Below are positions 39,470 through 48,587 of a stretch of 64,000 bases of DNA, piece by piece. The first letter of the stretch is position 1; every line of letters begins with the position of its first letter. The stretch is from the NCBI GenBank assembly GCA_004524445.1, contig SDNP01000010.1, forward strand, positions 22,637 to 86,636, given 5' to 3'. The notes beneath the pieces are model-generated. The model had not been told where the DNA came from, searched no databases, and was given only the letters and a program-made list of their open reading frames with translations. This DNA comes from Candidatus Thorarchaeota archaeon (lineage in GTDB: Archaea > Asgardarchaeota > Thorarchaeia > Thorarchaeales > Thorarchaeaceae). Made by a program: the position numbers and the translations under genes.

Positions 39470-40477
39470 TTACCGAGTGATAATGTCTTCATCCGTAGTT
39501 TCTGCCATTTCTTTGGTTGAAGTGGGTTCGAATTCACCCTCTTCAAGCTGTTGACAAGTAAAGACGAATTCATTCTCATTCACATATCGATAGGCCTGAT
39601 AGGCGGCATGCACACCTTCGGCAACTCCCGTGATAGCCTGTTTGAATTCGCTATCAACAACATCTCCTGCAGCAAATACACCAGGAACGTTGGTTCGGCT
39701 CGAGCGGTCAATCATTATCTCCCTTTTCACATTGACCTCAACCCCTAGTTCTTGAGCCAGATCGGATTGAGGAATGCCACCAATAGCAACGAAGATACCA
39801 TCCAGCTCAAGTGCGTCACTACCGTTTTGTGGGTTGTCCAGCTTTACTCCTTCAACTCTGTTCTCACCAAGAATCTCCACGACATTTGTATTTGTAATGA
39901 CCTCTATCTTGTCTTCCTTGGTGATCCTTCTTTGATTTACAGGCTCAGGTCTGATTTTGTTGCCGCGATAAATGATGTAAACCTTGGGACAATATTTTGC
40001 AAGTAATAATGCCTCCTTTGCGGCGCTATCACTACCGCCGACAACAGCAACTGTCTTTCCTTTGAAAAGAGGTGCATCGCAGAGAGCGCAGTAACTCACG
40101 CCTCGGTTTTTCAAACGATCGTGCCCTGGTACCTCAAGTTCCCGTTCTTCCATTCCCGTGGCAATAAGCACAGTTTTTGCAAGGTAGGTCTTACTATCAG
40201 TTACAACATAGAAGAACCCTTGCTTATCCCGGAAGATTTTCTCAACCATGTCAATGTCGATATGAACAGGATAATCCAGCGTATGCACCTTGATCTTGTC
40301 TGCTAGCTCCTGTCCCGTCAGCTGAATAAACCCAGGATAGTTGGCTACATCATCAGTAAGAGTGATGGTGCCACCATCAACATCCCCAATCACAGCTGTC
40401 GATAGGTCGAGCCTAGCAGCATACATTGCGGCTCCATATCCCGTAACACCCGAGCCCACTACTACTAAATCGTACAT
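39470..40477 (-). CDS. trxB: Thioredoxin-disulfide reductase
   Basis: GSGVTG, NYPGF, GVSYCALCD, GGSDSA, FAAGD. Confidence 0.92.
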   Translation of the reverse strand: MYDLVVVGSGVTGYGAAMYAARLDLSTAVIGDVDGGTITLTDDVANYPGFIQLTGQELADKIKVHTLDYPVHIDIDMVEKIFRDKQGFFYVVTDSKTYLAKTVLIATGMEERELEVPGHDRLKNRGVSYCALCDAPLFKGKTVAVVGGSDSAAKEALLLAKYCPKVYIIYRGNKIRPEPVNQRRITKEDKIEVITNTNVVEILGENRVEGVKLDNPQNGSDALELDGIFVAIGGIPQSDLAQELGVEVNVKREIMIDRSSRTNVPGVFAAGDVVDSEFKQAITGVAEGVHAAYQAYRYVNENEFVFTCQQLEEGEFEPTSTKEMAETTDEDIITR

Positions 40478-40481
40478 TGCA

Positions 40482-40724
40482 TCAGTCCCTCATCTTTCTT
40501 TTGATTCTTCTCTCAGTGCGACGATCAAATCCGATGAAGAAATCATCACCAATCGCCGTTACTGGTACTGCCTTCTGTTTGGTTAGGTTGAATAGCTCTT
40601 GCAAAGTCTCGGGATTTGTGAGAATGCATTTTTCCTCGTAGGAGATATCTTGTTCATCGAGATACTCCTTGAGCTTTTTCGAATGCGGGCATTGCGGAGC
40701 GGTATAGATTACTGCAGTTGGCAT
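40482..40724 (-). CDS. Glutaredoxin/NrdH-like protein (CPHS)
   Basis: IYTAPQCPHS, AVPV..IGFD; start MPTAV at 40724. Confidence 0.85.
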   Translation of the reverse strand: MPTAVIYTAPQCPHSKKLKEYLDEQDISYEEKCILTNPETLQELFNLTKQKAVPVTAIGDDFFIGFDRRTERRIKRKMRD

Positions 40725-40938
40725 TATGTGGTGTCCTCTGTAAATTAACTCTCTTTCAAGCATAATGATAGTCCACGCAATATAAATAATCAATTGGTGG
40801 CAATACCCCTCAGCTCTGACTACTCTTAAATGGTTTTGCAGGACTAGGCCTAGAGCCGTGTTTCTGATAGTTATGCCTATAGCCTTAAGTAGAGTATAGA
40901 GGTAATTTCCATGCTTTAAAGGCTAGGAGAAGAGCCAG

Positions 40939-41415
40939 ATGGATAAAGAAAAAACGTTGGAATTTATTGAAGAACAAGTAAAGCTCGAGCATCAAATAAT
41001 CTCTCTTATTGAGTCCAATGTCGAGAAACTTGGAAATGCCTTTGTAAAGGTCATATTACTTGCGATTTCACGAGATTCTAAGAAGCATGCTGAATTGCTA
41101 GGTGCCCTCAAGGAAGCGGTTACGGGCCCAACTCCATTCATCAGTGAAGAAGAACGAGATAAAATAGCGAAAGGAATCGAGAAGCACATCGAGTTGGAGC
41201 AAAAGGCCATCGATACCTACGGCAAACTAGTAGAGTCCAGTGACAATCATCAAGTCATGACCATCGCTTCCATCATCAAAGAAGACGAGATCAAGCATCA
41301 TAACCTTCTGAAGGAGTTGCACAAGACAGTCATCTCTCCAGAAACTCTAACCGAAGACATGATATGGGATACATTCTGGAAAGATAGTCCCTGGCATGGC
41401 AGCCCGGGCGGCTGA
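40939..41415 (+). CDS. Ferritin-like/rubrerythrin-like protein
   Basis: E..DSKKH / E..DEIKHH diiron-type spacing. Confidence 0.78.
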   Translation: MDKEKTLEFIEEQVKLEHQIISLIESNVEKLGNAFVKVILLAISRDSKKHAELLGALKEAVTGPTPFISEEERDKIAKGIEKHIELEQKAIDTYGKLVESSDNHQVMTIASIIKEDEIKHHNLLKELHKTVISPETLTEDMIWDTFWKDSPWHGSPGG

Positions 41416-41443
41416 GGAAAAAGGCAGCAGAACCTGAAAGAAA

Positions 41444-41989
41444 CTATTCCGTAAACTGCTCAATAATCTGCGTGAACTTATAGTCAAGGCTCTCAATGCC
41501 AATTCCGGTCTTCGCGGAGATTAGCTGAGTTTCCAAGCCATACTCCTCTGCATATCTATCCATCTCTGCCTCCACGTTATCAAATGGTGGGGTGAGGAGG
41601 TCTATCTTATTTCCAACAAGAATGAATCGCTCTCCTGCATCATCATCGAATGAGAGGCGACTATTTTTCTCAATGCGAGGAACCCAGTATCCAAACAGCG
41701 AGTCCAGTGTTGATATCTTAGAAACATCGAAAAAGAGCAGTCCAACTCGGGCCCCTCGTATCATACTCTGTAGCGTTTCGATGAACCGAGTTTGCCCGCC
41801 AAAATCCCAGAGGCTCAGCGTCGTTTGTTTCCCACTAGGTAACTCCAGCCGCTTGGTGTCGAAGGCGGCTCCCACCGTGGTCTTGAGCATTTCCGGATCT
41901 GGGAAGCTTCCCGTAGTCCACCGTTTAGTGAACGAAGTCTTACCACATTCAGTATCTCCGAGGATAACGGCTTTGATTATAGCCAACAC
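41444..41989 (-). CDS. Rab-like small GTPase
   Basis: GDTECGKTS, TTVG, WDFGGQ, NKID, ISAK; GGAGGTG SD. Confidence 0.92.
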   Translation of the reverse strand: MLAIIKAVILGDTECGKTSFTKRWTTGSFPDPEMLKTTVGAAFDTKRLELPSGKQTTLSLWDFGGQTRFIETLQSMIRGARVGLLFFDVSKISTLDSLFGYWVPRIEKNSRLSFDDDAGERFILVGNKIDLLTPPFDNVEAEMDRYAEEYGLETQLISAKTGIGIESLDYKFTQIIEQFTE

Positions 41990-42047
41990 GTCACCTCCAA
42001 TGCATGATATCCCGATTCAAGCGACCCCTTAATGCTTTTCATTGTAT

Positions 42048-43379
42048 TTATCCCTGTGCCGCAAGCCTCCTAGGGCTGCTGTAGATAAGCATGATTCCTG
42101 TCAATGCAAGAAGCGCTATCGATAACCAGAAAGGAAGATCATCTGATGCGATGGTGACAATGGATGAGCCCAGTGCAGCAAACATGAACGCAATGAAATT
42201 ACGTGCGGCGTTAGTAGCCCCAGATTCCATAAGCTGCTTCGCCACGCGAAGGTAAGCAATCGCTCCAATACCCAATGCAACGGAGAGAATAAGGAACAAG
42301 TCATTGTATACCCATCTGCCCATTCGGACATAGTCATTGCCCAACACAATCATGGCTCCGCTGAATATTACAAGTATGTGGCGAGCAATTCGTCTTCCGG
42401 AGGGGGAGGATAGTGAGTATATCCCAGCCAGAACAAAACTAGAAGCTCCCGCCACTCCAAGAATCCATTCGATGAATAACATTGGCTCATCTTGGAGCCC
42501 CGTTTCGATCAGAACAGACCAAAACACACCATGATTAACCGCAATCATGGAGATGCATATTAGAGTAATCGTGATAAGAGCTGGTATTCGTGCCCGTGTC
42601 TCCAGGGCCTGTTCAACAAAGAAGTCAATTGAACCAATGGCAGCCAATGCAACGAATGTAGAAAGAAGAACGAAGAGCCAGATTTCAAACTGGTTTGAAA
42701 TAATCGCGGCAGGAATGAGTGCTGTTGCCACAATGATAGCCATAAAACCGGCGAATGATGTGATGATTTGTTTCCAAGGTTGAAGCATTGCTCTTAGTAT
42801 TGCAGCTGAAAGCGCCACTGGCAGGAATACCAAAAGAAAGTATTCAGGTCTTGCAAAAATCAATTCTGTAATTATAGCAAACCAACTGCCCAAGAATGAA
42901 AGCAAAATCAGGAGCATTCCCGCGGTAAACGGTGATGGCGACTCATAGAGAAGCCATAACGAAAGCATTAGCGAAACGGAGAATGTGATGTACAGAGCCA
43001 AGCCCAAGACAGGTGATACCTCTGTTGGACTCCCCAACGCAACAATAGCAGACCATGTAGTGGCAACGATGGCAACAAGATATGTCCCGTAGTGCGCATA
43101 TCGATTCTCCGTCGCAATTTGTACCTGGGCATTAATCAAGAATACGAAGAAGAGTACAATCCAAAACCTTGCTGCAATGGTTCCAGCGGAGAGCGTGGAA
43201 GTGAATGTAAGCCCTCCAAGTGCGGCTCCCGAGGCTCCAAAGAAAACAAGTGCTTTGAGAGTAGATCCAGAAACCCTCTTGCGAACTGAGAGAACAGAAG
43301 ATGAATACTTCACCAGTGATCCAGCTAGAATTATAATAGCAACAATTGCTCCAAATTCTATTGAAAGCTGAAAATCCAT
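42048..43379 (-). CDS. Polytopic membrane protein (~15 TM), paralog B
   Basis: Start MDFQLS at 43379, 1 nt after the previous stop, with GGAGGTG SD; colinear similarity to paralog A. Confidence 0.85.
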   Translation of the reverse strand: MDFQLSIEFGAIVAIIILAGSLVKYSSSVLSVRKRVSGSTLKALVFFGASGAALGGLTFTSTLSAGTIAARFWIVLFFVFLINAQVQIATENRYAHYGTYLVAIVATTWSAIVALGSPTEVSPVLGLALYITFSVSLMLSLWLLYESPSPFTAGMLLILLSFLGSWFAIITELIFARPEYFLLVFLPVALSAAILRAMLQPWKQIITSFAGFMAIIVATALIPAAIISNQFEIWLFVLLSTFVALAAIGSIDFFVEQALETRARIPALITITLICISMIAVNHGVFWSVLIETGLQDEPMLFIEWILGVAGASSFVLAGIYSLSSPSGRRIARHILVIFSGAMIVLGNDYVRMGRWVYNDLFLILSVALGIGAIAYLRVAKQLMESGATNAARNFIAFMFAALGSSIVTIASDDLPFWLSIALLALTGIMLIYSSPRRLAAQG

Positions 43380-43380
43380 T

Positions 43381-44754
43381 TCAGGACACCTCCGCAACGG
43401 ACTCATTTGTATGATTCATTCCTCTGGAGGCAATGGATATCCGTCTGGGGCCACTCAATAAGAGCATAAGTGCAGCCAAAACAATGAGGACTAAAACTGC
43501 TCCGTATGGGATGACATCTGAAAACATGGCTACTATGCCAATACCCAAAGATGCCATGATAAAGAGGATGAATCTTCGCGCAGCCGATGATGATCCAGCT
43601 CTTGCTATGGCTCGGGCAGAATATGCATGTGCGAGAACCCCAACTAAAATAATTCCCGCAAGGGGTATGTACAACGGTTGAAGCCCATATCTTTGTGCCT
43701 GAATATAGGGATGGCCGAGCACAACGAAGGAACTCGCAATCAAGAGTTCGATGTCAAGAATATAGCCAGTTATTTTCTGGCTCAGGACAGAAGACAAACC
43801 TGCTAGTGTGAAGGCCATGACTGCAACTACCCCAATAATCCAATCCACATAGAGCAGGCCAGGATCCCATTCTCCCATTTCAACTGCTATTGCCCAAGCA
43901 TTTGCATGAGTGATGGCTAGCAAACCCACTCCGATCAAAGTAATGGAAATAAACTGAGGAGTCCTAGTCTTGAGTTCCTGAACCTGTTCAAGAAAGAAAT
44001 CCAGTGGAATAATCACTGATATCCCCGCCAAGGGAGCAATCAGTGTATAGGTCCAGATGAAAAAATCACCTGCAATCAAAGCGGGAATGACCAGCGAGAT
44101 ACTAGCAATAGCACCAAAGATTGCGAGAAAATAGATGATGATGTATCTCCAAGGTTTCAGAGTTGCAGCCAGAATCGAAGCCGCAATCGCAATGGGAGCC
44201 ACTTCCAGCATGAAGAATTCAGGATTGCTTGCCACAGTGCCTGATGATGCAGAAATCCAAGTAACAACAAAAACTACCAGCAAGATAAGCATAGATCCAG
44301 TGAATGGCGAAGGCGTTCTTACTACCAGAACAATACCCATGCCACCTGCAGCTAACATCAAAACGGATAGCCCTATAATCAGCGCAGTTGGAGTGAAAGA
44401 AATGTATAAACGCAAAAAGGTTTCTACTAATATCATGAAGAATATGAGCAATGAAACTATGATGCTAATATTCAGATTTCGCTTACTTCTGGCAAAGAGA
44501 TAGGATTGCGAAATTACCAATAGACACAGCATCAATGCAACCCAAATAGTGACTAGTTGTGGTACAAACAATGCTTGCAAGCCAATCATACCCATGGAGA
44601 GCAATGAAGCGCCGAAGAAAGACAGTGCTCGTTTTGTTTCATGAGTGAGGTCATCAAATACTCGAGATAGACGCATCGAGAAGATTGTTGCAGCACCTAC
44701 CAAGAAGACAAATGAAACTATGCCACTAATTGTCAGTGAAAGCTGGAAGTCCAT
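43381..44754 (-). CDS. Polytopic membrane protein (~15 TM), paralog A
   Basis: Start MDFQLS, GGAGG SD; shares PSPFT, PE(Y/F)F, L(Q/K)PW, DFF.EQ and terminal PRR with paralog B. Confidence 0.85.
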   Translation of the reverse strand: MDFQLSLTISGIVSFVFLVGAATIFSMRLSRVFDDLTHETKRALSFFGASLLSMGMIGLQALFVPQLVTIWVALMLCLLVISQSYLFARSKRNLNISIIVSLLIFFMILVETFLRLYISFTPTALIIGLSVLMLAAGGMGIVLVVRTPSPFTGSMLILLVVFVVTWISASSGTVASNPEFFMLEVAPIAIAASILAATLKPWRYIIIYFLAIFGAIASISLVIPALIAGDFFIWTYTLIAPLAGISVIIPLDFFLEQVQELKTRTPQFISITLIGVGLLAITHANAWAIAVEMGEWDPGLLYVDWIIGVVAVMAFTLAGLSSVLSQKITGYILDIELLIASSFVVLGHPYIQAQRYGLQPLYIPLAGIILVGVLAHAYSARAIARAGSSSAARRFILFIMASLGIGIVAMFSDVIPYGAVLVLIVLAALMLLLSGPRRISIASRGMNHTNESVAEVS

Positions 44755-44770
44755 GACTCAGAATCCTCCT

Positions 44771-45148
44771 CTATCTCCAGAGGTCACCAATCTCCTTGCC
44801 ACGCCTTTCTACTGCGCCCTGCACCTTTTCGCTCAGCTCTTGCACTGAGGAGTTGGAACGATCAATAATGACTCTTAATGCATCAGCAGTTTCACGCTCA
44901 GCATCTCCCTCACATATCAGAATGTGGTCATCAAGCTGACAGTAGCCAACAACACCCGAGTCTGATTTCATATACATGGGAGTGCCCTTTTTCTCGTCTG
45001 AAACATCACTTCGTTCAAGTGCAACGGAAACTAGTTGTATGATACCTGTCAGCTTCGCAATACGTTCATCCTGTTTCTCTCCCCTTGGATAGATAACTTC
45101 TGGCTTGAGATCATCAATATTAATTCTTGCAACCAAACGAACGACCAT
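44771..45148 (-). CDS. Small alpha/beta protein, longin-like topology
   Basis: Apparent beta-beta-alpha-beta-beta-beta-alpha-alpha pattern with PEVIYP; ATG immediately follows the upstream stop. Confidence 0.55.
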   Translation of the reverse strand: MVVRLVARINIDDLKPEVIYPRGEKQDERIAKLTGIIQLVSVALERSDVSDEKKGTPMYMKSDSGVVGYCQLDDHILICEGDAERETADALRVIIDRSNSSVQELSEKVQGAVERRGKEIGDLWR

Positions 45149-45439
45149 TTAGTTCCCACCCCCAAAGGCACTCTTGATCCAGTCGATTTCCGACTTGCTG
45201 ACCTTCGAGTTATTCTCTTTAGAACCAGCCTTGTATGCCACAATCACATCGCGTACTGCCAGTTGTGATCCACGAAAATATAGAGTTATTAGAAGTTCAT
45301 GTCCCTCAGAGCATTCAGTAGTGAGCGTCGGAGACCTGCCTTCAGAACGAATTTTGTTCATTACATCATTTTCCTGCTTTTCACTCAGCAAGAGCATAGC
45401 ATCGTTGTGGCATTCTGGACAAGTTATTGTAACATTCAT
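45149..45439 (-). CDS. Zn-ribbon-like protein (CxxC...CxxxH)
   Basis: MNVTITCPECH..ECSEGH..LAVRD; probable ATG at 45439 (ORF extends to 45565). Confidence 0.72.
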   Translation of the reverse strand: MNVTITCPECHNDAMLLLSEKQENDVMNKIRSEGRSPTLTTECSEGHELLITLYFRGSQLAVRDVIVAYKAGSKENNSKVSKSEIDWIKSAFGGGN

Positions 45440-45924
45440 TCTGGCGTACTCCGAACAATTGTAGCAAATCAGGGGTATCCTATGTGGGTTTGTTTCCGTG
45501 TGTTTGGTATCACATATATTGTTTAATCGTACGAATGGTGGGTATTCTCTAGGGTCTGCTAGCATGGATTGGAAGCGAACGCTTATGTTGCCTAACCCAT
45601 TAGTTTTGGAAACCTTTGTTCAATTGCTGGAGAGATAGAGAAGTGACAGTAGAAGATGTTTTGAGAGAGGATACAGGTTCTGCTTTGATGTTGTCAAATG
45701 AAACAGTGGTCAGAGGTGCCCTTGAAGCCGATGTCAAGGTTGTAGCCTTTTACCCTGGGTCTTGAGGAAGGAAACATATGCCTTGGCTAGCGCAGAGAAA
45801 AGCATTCGAATTGGTGTCACCTCAATCAACTCAACCCTCTCAAAGGCAGACATCAATGGTTTCGGAATGATGTTTGAATAGAGTTTTATTGCAGGAGCCA
45901 CGACTCCTGATAGAGGTTTCCAAA

Positions 45925-46935
45925 TTGCCTGACGAGAAATACGATACAATAGTCATAGGTGGCGGTCCCGCAGGTTGTTCCGCAGCGCTTCATCTAGCAT
46001 ATCACAAACGAAATGTGCTGGTTCTTGATCGGGGAACGAGTCCAATGGCGTACCATACAAATACAATCATGAACTTCGCCACTGGGGACGCCTACCATGA
46101 AGGGAGATCTCTCCTGAGAAATCTTCAGGGAGCTGCGAGTTCAGCAGGCGCGGAGTTCAAGGAAGCGAATGTTACCGAATTGACGGGGGAGTACCCTGAT
46201 TTCACTGTTTCAACCGAGCCCAGCTACAGAACCAAAGACGAGGACGTTTACCAAGCAAAGACACTGGTTTTTGCCACAGGCACTGCAAGAAAGCACCCCC
46301 AGGTAGGCGGCTTTTGGAGAAACTGGTTGTCAGTAGCTAATGTGGGCAACGGGGCGTTCTATTGTCCTGATTGTGAGGCACCACTGTGCAAAGGCAAAGA
46401 CGTCATAGTTGTGAATGCAGGGACTGTGGGCAGCGCATTGCACGTGGCGAATTCGCTGTCTCGATTCACCGACCAGATTCGAATCCTGATGACTGAAGAC
46501 GCCTATATACCATTCGAGGATCAGGACTTGTCCAAATTGGATGACTCGCCCTTTGAATGGATGCATGGCAAAATCAAAAAGATAGAGTTTCCAAGACCTG
46601 GTGAGTTTCAGAGAATCACACTGGAAAATGGTGAGTCGTATCGATGTGAGGTGTTTTTTGTCGCGCATGTTGCTGAACCACGATCTGAACTAGCTCGACA
46701 TCTGGGAGTGGAAGTTGACGAGAGAGGGAATATTATCACCGACCATCGGGGAAAGACAAATCTCGAGGGCATTTGGGCTGCTGGTGACGTTAGACCCATC
46801 ACGCAACAAGTTGCTATGGCAACAGGCACTGGGAACTATGCTGCACTTATGATTAACCAATTTCTTGGGAATAAGTATGAAAAAGAAGAGCTATTCGACC
46901 ATCCCGAATGTCGCAACATCCTTCATTTGACATAA
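45925..46935 (+). CDS. Thioredoxin-reductase-like FAD oxidoreductase
   Basis: GGGPAG, FATG, YCPDCE, WAAGD; TTG start at 45925 inferred from GAGGT SD. Confidence 0.85.
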   Translation: MPDEKYDTIVIGGGPAGCSAALHLAYHKRNVLVLDRGTSPMAYHTNTIMNFATGDAYHEGRSLLRNLQGAASSAGAEFKEANVTELTGEYPDFTVSTEPSYRTKDEDVYQAKTLVFATGTARKHPQVGGFWRNWLSVANVGNGAFYCPDCEAPLCKGKDVIVVNAGTVGSALHVANSLSRFTDQIRILMTEDAYIPFEDQDLSKLDDSPFEWMHGKIKKIEFPRPGEFQRITLENGESYRCEVFFVAHVAEPRSELARHLGVEVDERGNIITDHRGKTNLEGIWAAGDVRPITQQVAMATGTGNYAALMINQFLGNKYEKEELFDHPECRNILHLT

Positions 46936-47028
46936 AGACTATCTACATCAAGACCCTATTGGTTTCCAGCACCATCCATCTATAAAGCAACAGTTTCCCA
47001 ACAAAAACGCTTATTAGTGAGGTTGCAT

Positions 47029-47041
47029 TATCTATAGTTAA
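47029..47041. promoter_or_regulatory. Putative operator, copy 2
   Basis: TATCTATAGTTAA downstream of AAAAACGCTTATTA BRE/TATA. Confidence 0.35.
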
Positions 47042-47071
47042 TTCTACACTGATAATTGCGGGTGCAATATA

Positions 47072-47551
47072 ATGAAGACCAACGATGAAAAACTTAGGGA
47101 AACACTGAAGAAACAAATTGAGGTGGAAAAGGAAACAACCGAAATGGTGAAGAAAGCTGAAGAAAGAGTCTCTGAAACAGCTGTCAAGCTGGCTTTCATG
47201 GAAATCCGCTTAGACTCATTGAAGCATCAGATGTTCCTTGAGGGATTCCTTGACATGCTTGATGTAACACCTTGTGATGAATGGAGTGCGAAGGCTCAGC
47301 GCTATGTTGACAGGGTGAAACTTGAGAGAACAGTCAATTCAATAAAAGAGAAGGAAATTGAAATGCTATCATTGGCGAAGGAATCACTGCAAAATACAAG
47401 TGATCCTATTGCGGGGTTTATGCTAAATCATCTCATTGAAGATGAGAAACACCATAGAGACACGCTAATGAAATTGATTCGCATTATTCAACAATCTCCC
47501 TTGCAATCTGTGAAGGCGGAGAAAGGATCCGATATAGTGTGCGAGGATTGA
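47072..47551 (+). CDS. Ferritin-like protein
   Basis: E..DSLKH / E..DEKHH. Confidence 0.75.
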   Translation: MKTNDEKLRETLKKQIEVEKETTEMVKKAEERVSETAVKLAFMEIRLDSLKHQMFLEGFLDMLDVTPCDEWSAKAQRYVDRVKLERTVNSIKEKEIEMLSLAKESLQNTSDPIAGFMLNHLIEDEKHHRDTLMKLIRIIQQSPLQSVKAEKGSDIVCED

Positions 47552-47646
47552 ATGGAACCAGTAGCTGAAGAAGATTTTATGTAATTTGAAGAGGCAGAAA
47601 ATTAGCAAACACATTGCATGCAGTAGCAGAAGATGGAGTGATATAC

Positions 47647-48117
47647 ATGGCAAATTTGAATGAAATATCAGAGGACTGCCCATCTTGTGTGGATTACATA
47701 CAAGACATGTCCCCATACAGAAAGAAGAGATGGCAACAAGTCAGAGAAAACTACCAGCTTGATGAAGAAGCCCTTGAGAAGCTAAAGAAATACAAAGATG
47801 ACTATACCTTTGTGGCTGTCTTCGCAGATTGGTGCGGTGATGCTAGGAAGGCAATCCCTGTTTTGTCACTATTGGAGAAGGAGCTGGACATTAAAATCAA
47901 GGCGCTTGGTGGTATGACAAAACCACCATATGGGTCAGACGAGCTATGGGCGGTACCACCCAGCCCTGAAGAGGTCAGAGCATTCGAGGTTACTAGCAGT
48001 CCAACTATCCTTATATTTGATGGAGATGGAGAAGAGGTGGGGCGAATAAAGACCAAACCCAAGAATACACCTACCATCGAAGAAGAACTTGTATTTCTCA
48101 TAGAGCAGAATGAATGA
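47647..48117 (+). CDS. Thioredoxin-family protein (monothiol WCGDA)
   Basis: FADWCGDA, SPTILIFD..EVGRI; ATG at 47647 after GGAGTGA. Confidence 0.82.
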   Translation: MANLNEISEDCPSCVDYIQDMSPYRKKRWQQVRENYQLDEEALEKLKKYKDDYTFVAVFADWCGDARKAIPVLSLLEKELDIKIKALGGMTKPPYGSDELWAVPPSPEEVRAFEVTSSPTILIFDGDGEEVGRIKTKPKNTPTIEEELVFLIEQNE

Positions 48118-48127
48118 ATCACCTGAT

Positions 48128-48556
48128 CTACGACTGACATGAATGGCAGAATTCAAAGCCCTCCTCTATGCAACGCTCAGCTTCTTTTCCACCATATTCT
48201 CTCCCCCATAGTTGCATCTCTATAAGAACACTGTCCAGTGCCTGCCCCTTGTCTGTCAGAGAATAGGTCACTTTCACCGGCATATCTGATGAGTCTACCT
48301 CACGAAGCAAAAGTCCCTCATCCTCAAGTTCACGGAGCCTTTGAGTTAGAACCTTAGGACTGATCCAAGATAACTCATTTTGAATCTCACTGAATCTGAG
48401 ACCATTGTTTGCCTCCGGTGTCATCAATGTTTGAAGGACCAGTATTGTCCATTTCTTACCAAGAATGCGCGAAGTAATAAAAACCGGGCAGGTTTCGATA
48501 TGTTCCTTGTTTCTTGGCGGTTGTGCAGGTGTCACCAGTATCACTATCAAATTCAT
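48128..48556 (-). CDS. HxlR-family winged-helix transcriptional regulator
   Basis: CPV..ILGKKWT, RFSEI, ISPKVLTQRLRELE..G, VTYSLT.KG..L..WG. Confidence 0.92.
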   Translation of the reverse strand: MNLIVILVTPAQPPRNKEHIETCPVFITSRILGKKWTILVLQTLMTPEANNGLRFSEIQNELSWISPKVLTQRLRELEDEGLLLREVDSSDMPVKVTYSLTDKGQALDSVLIEMQLWGREYGGKEAERCIEEGFEFCHSCQS

Positions 48557-48587
48557 AGTAAGTACACACTGGATAGTAAATATTTCG

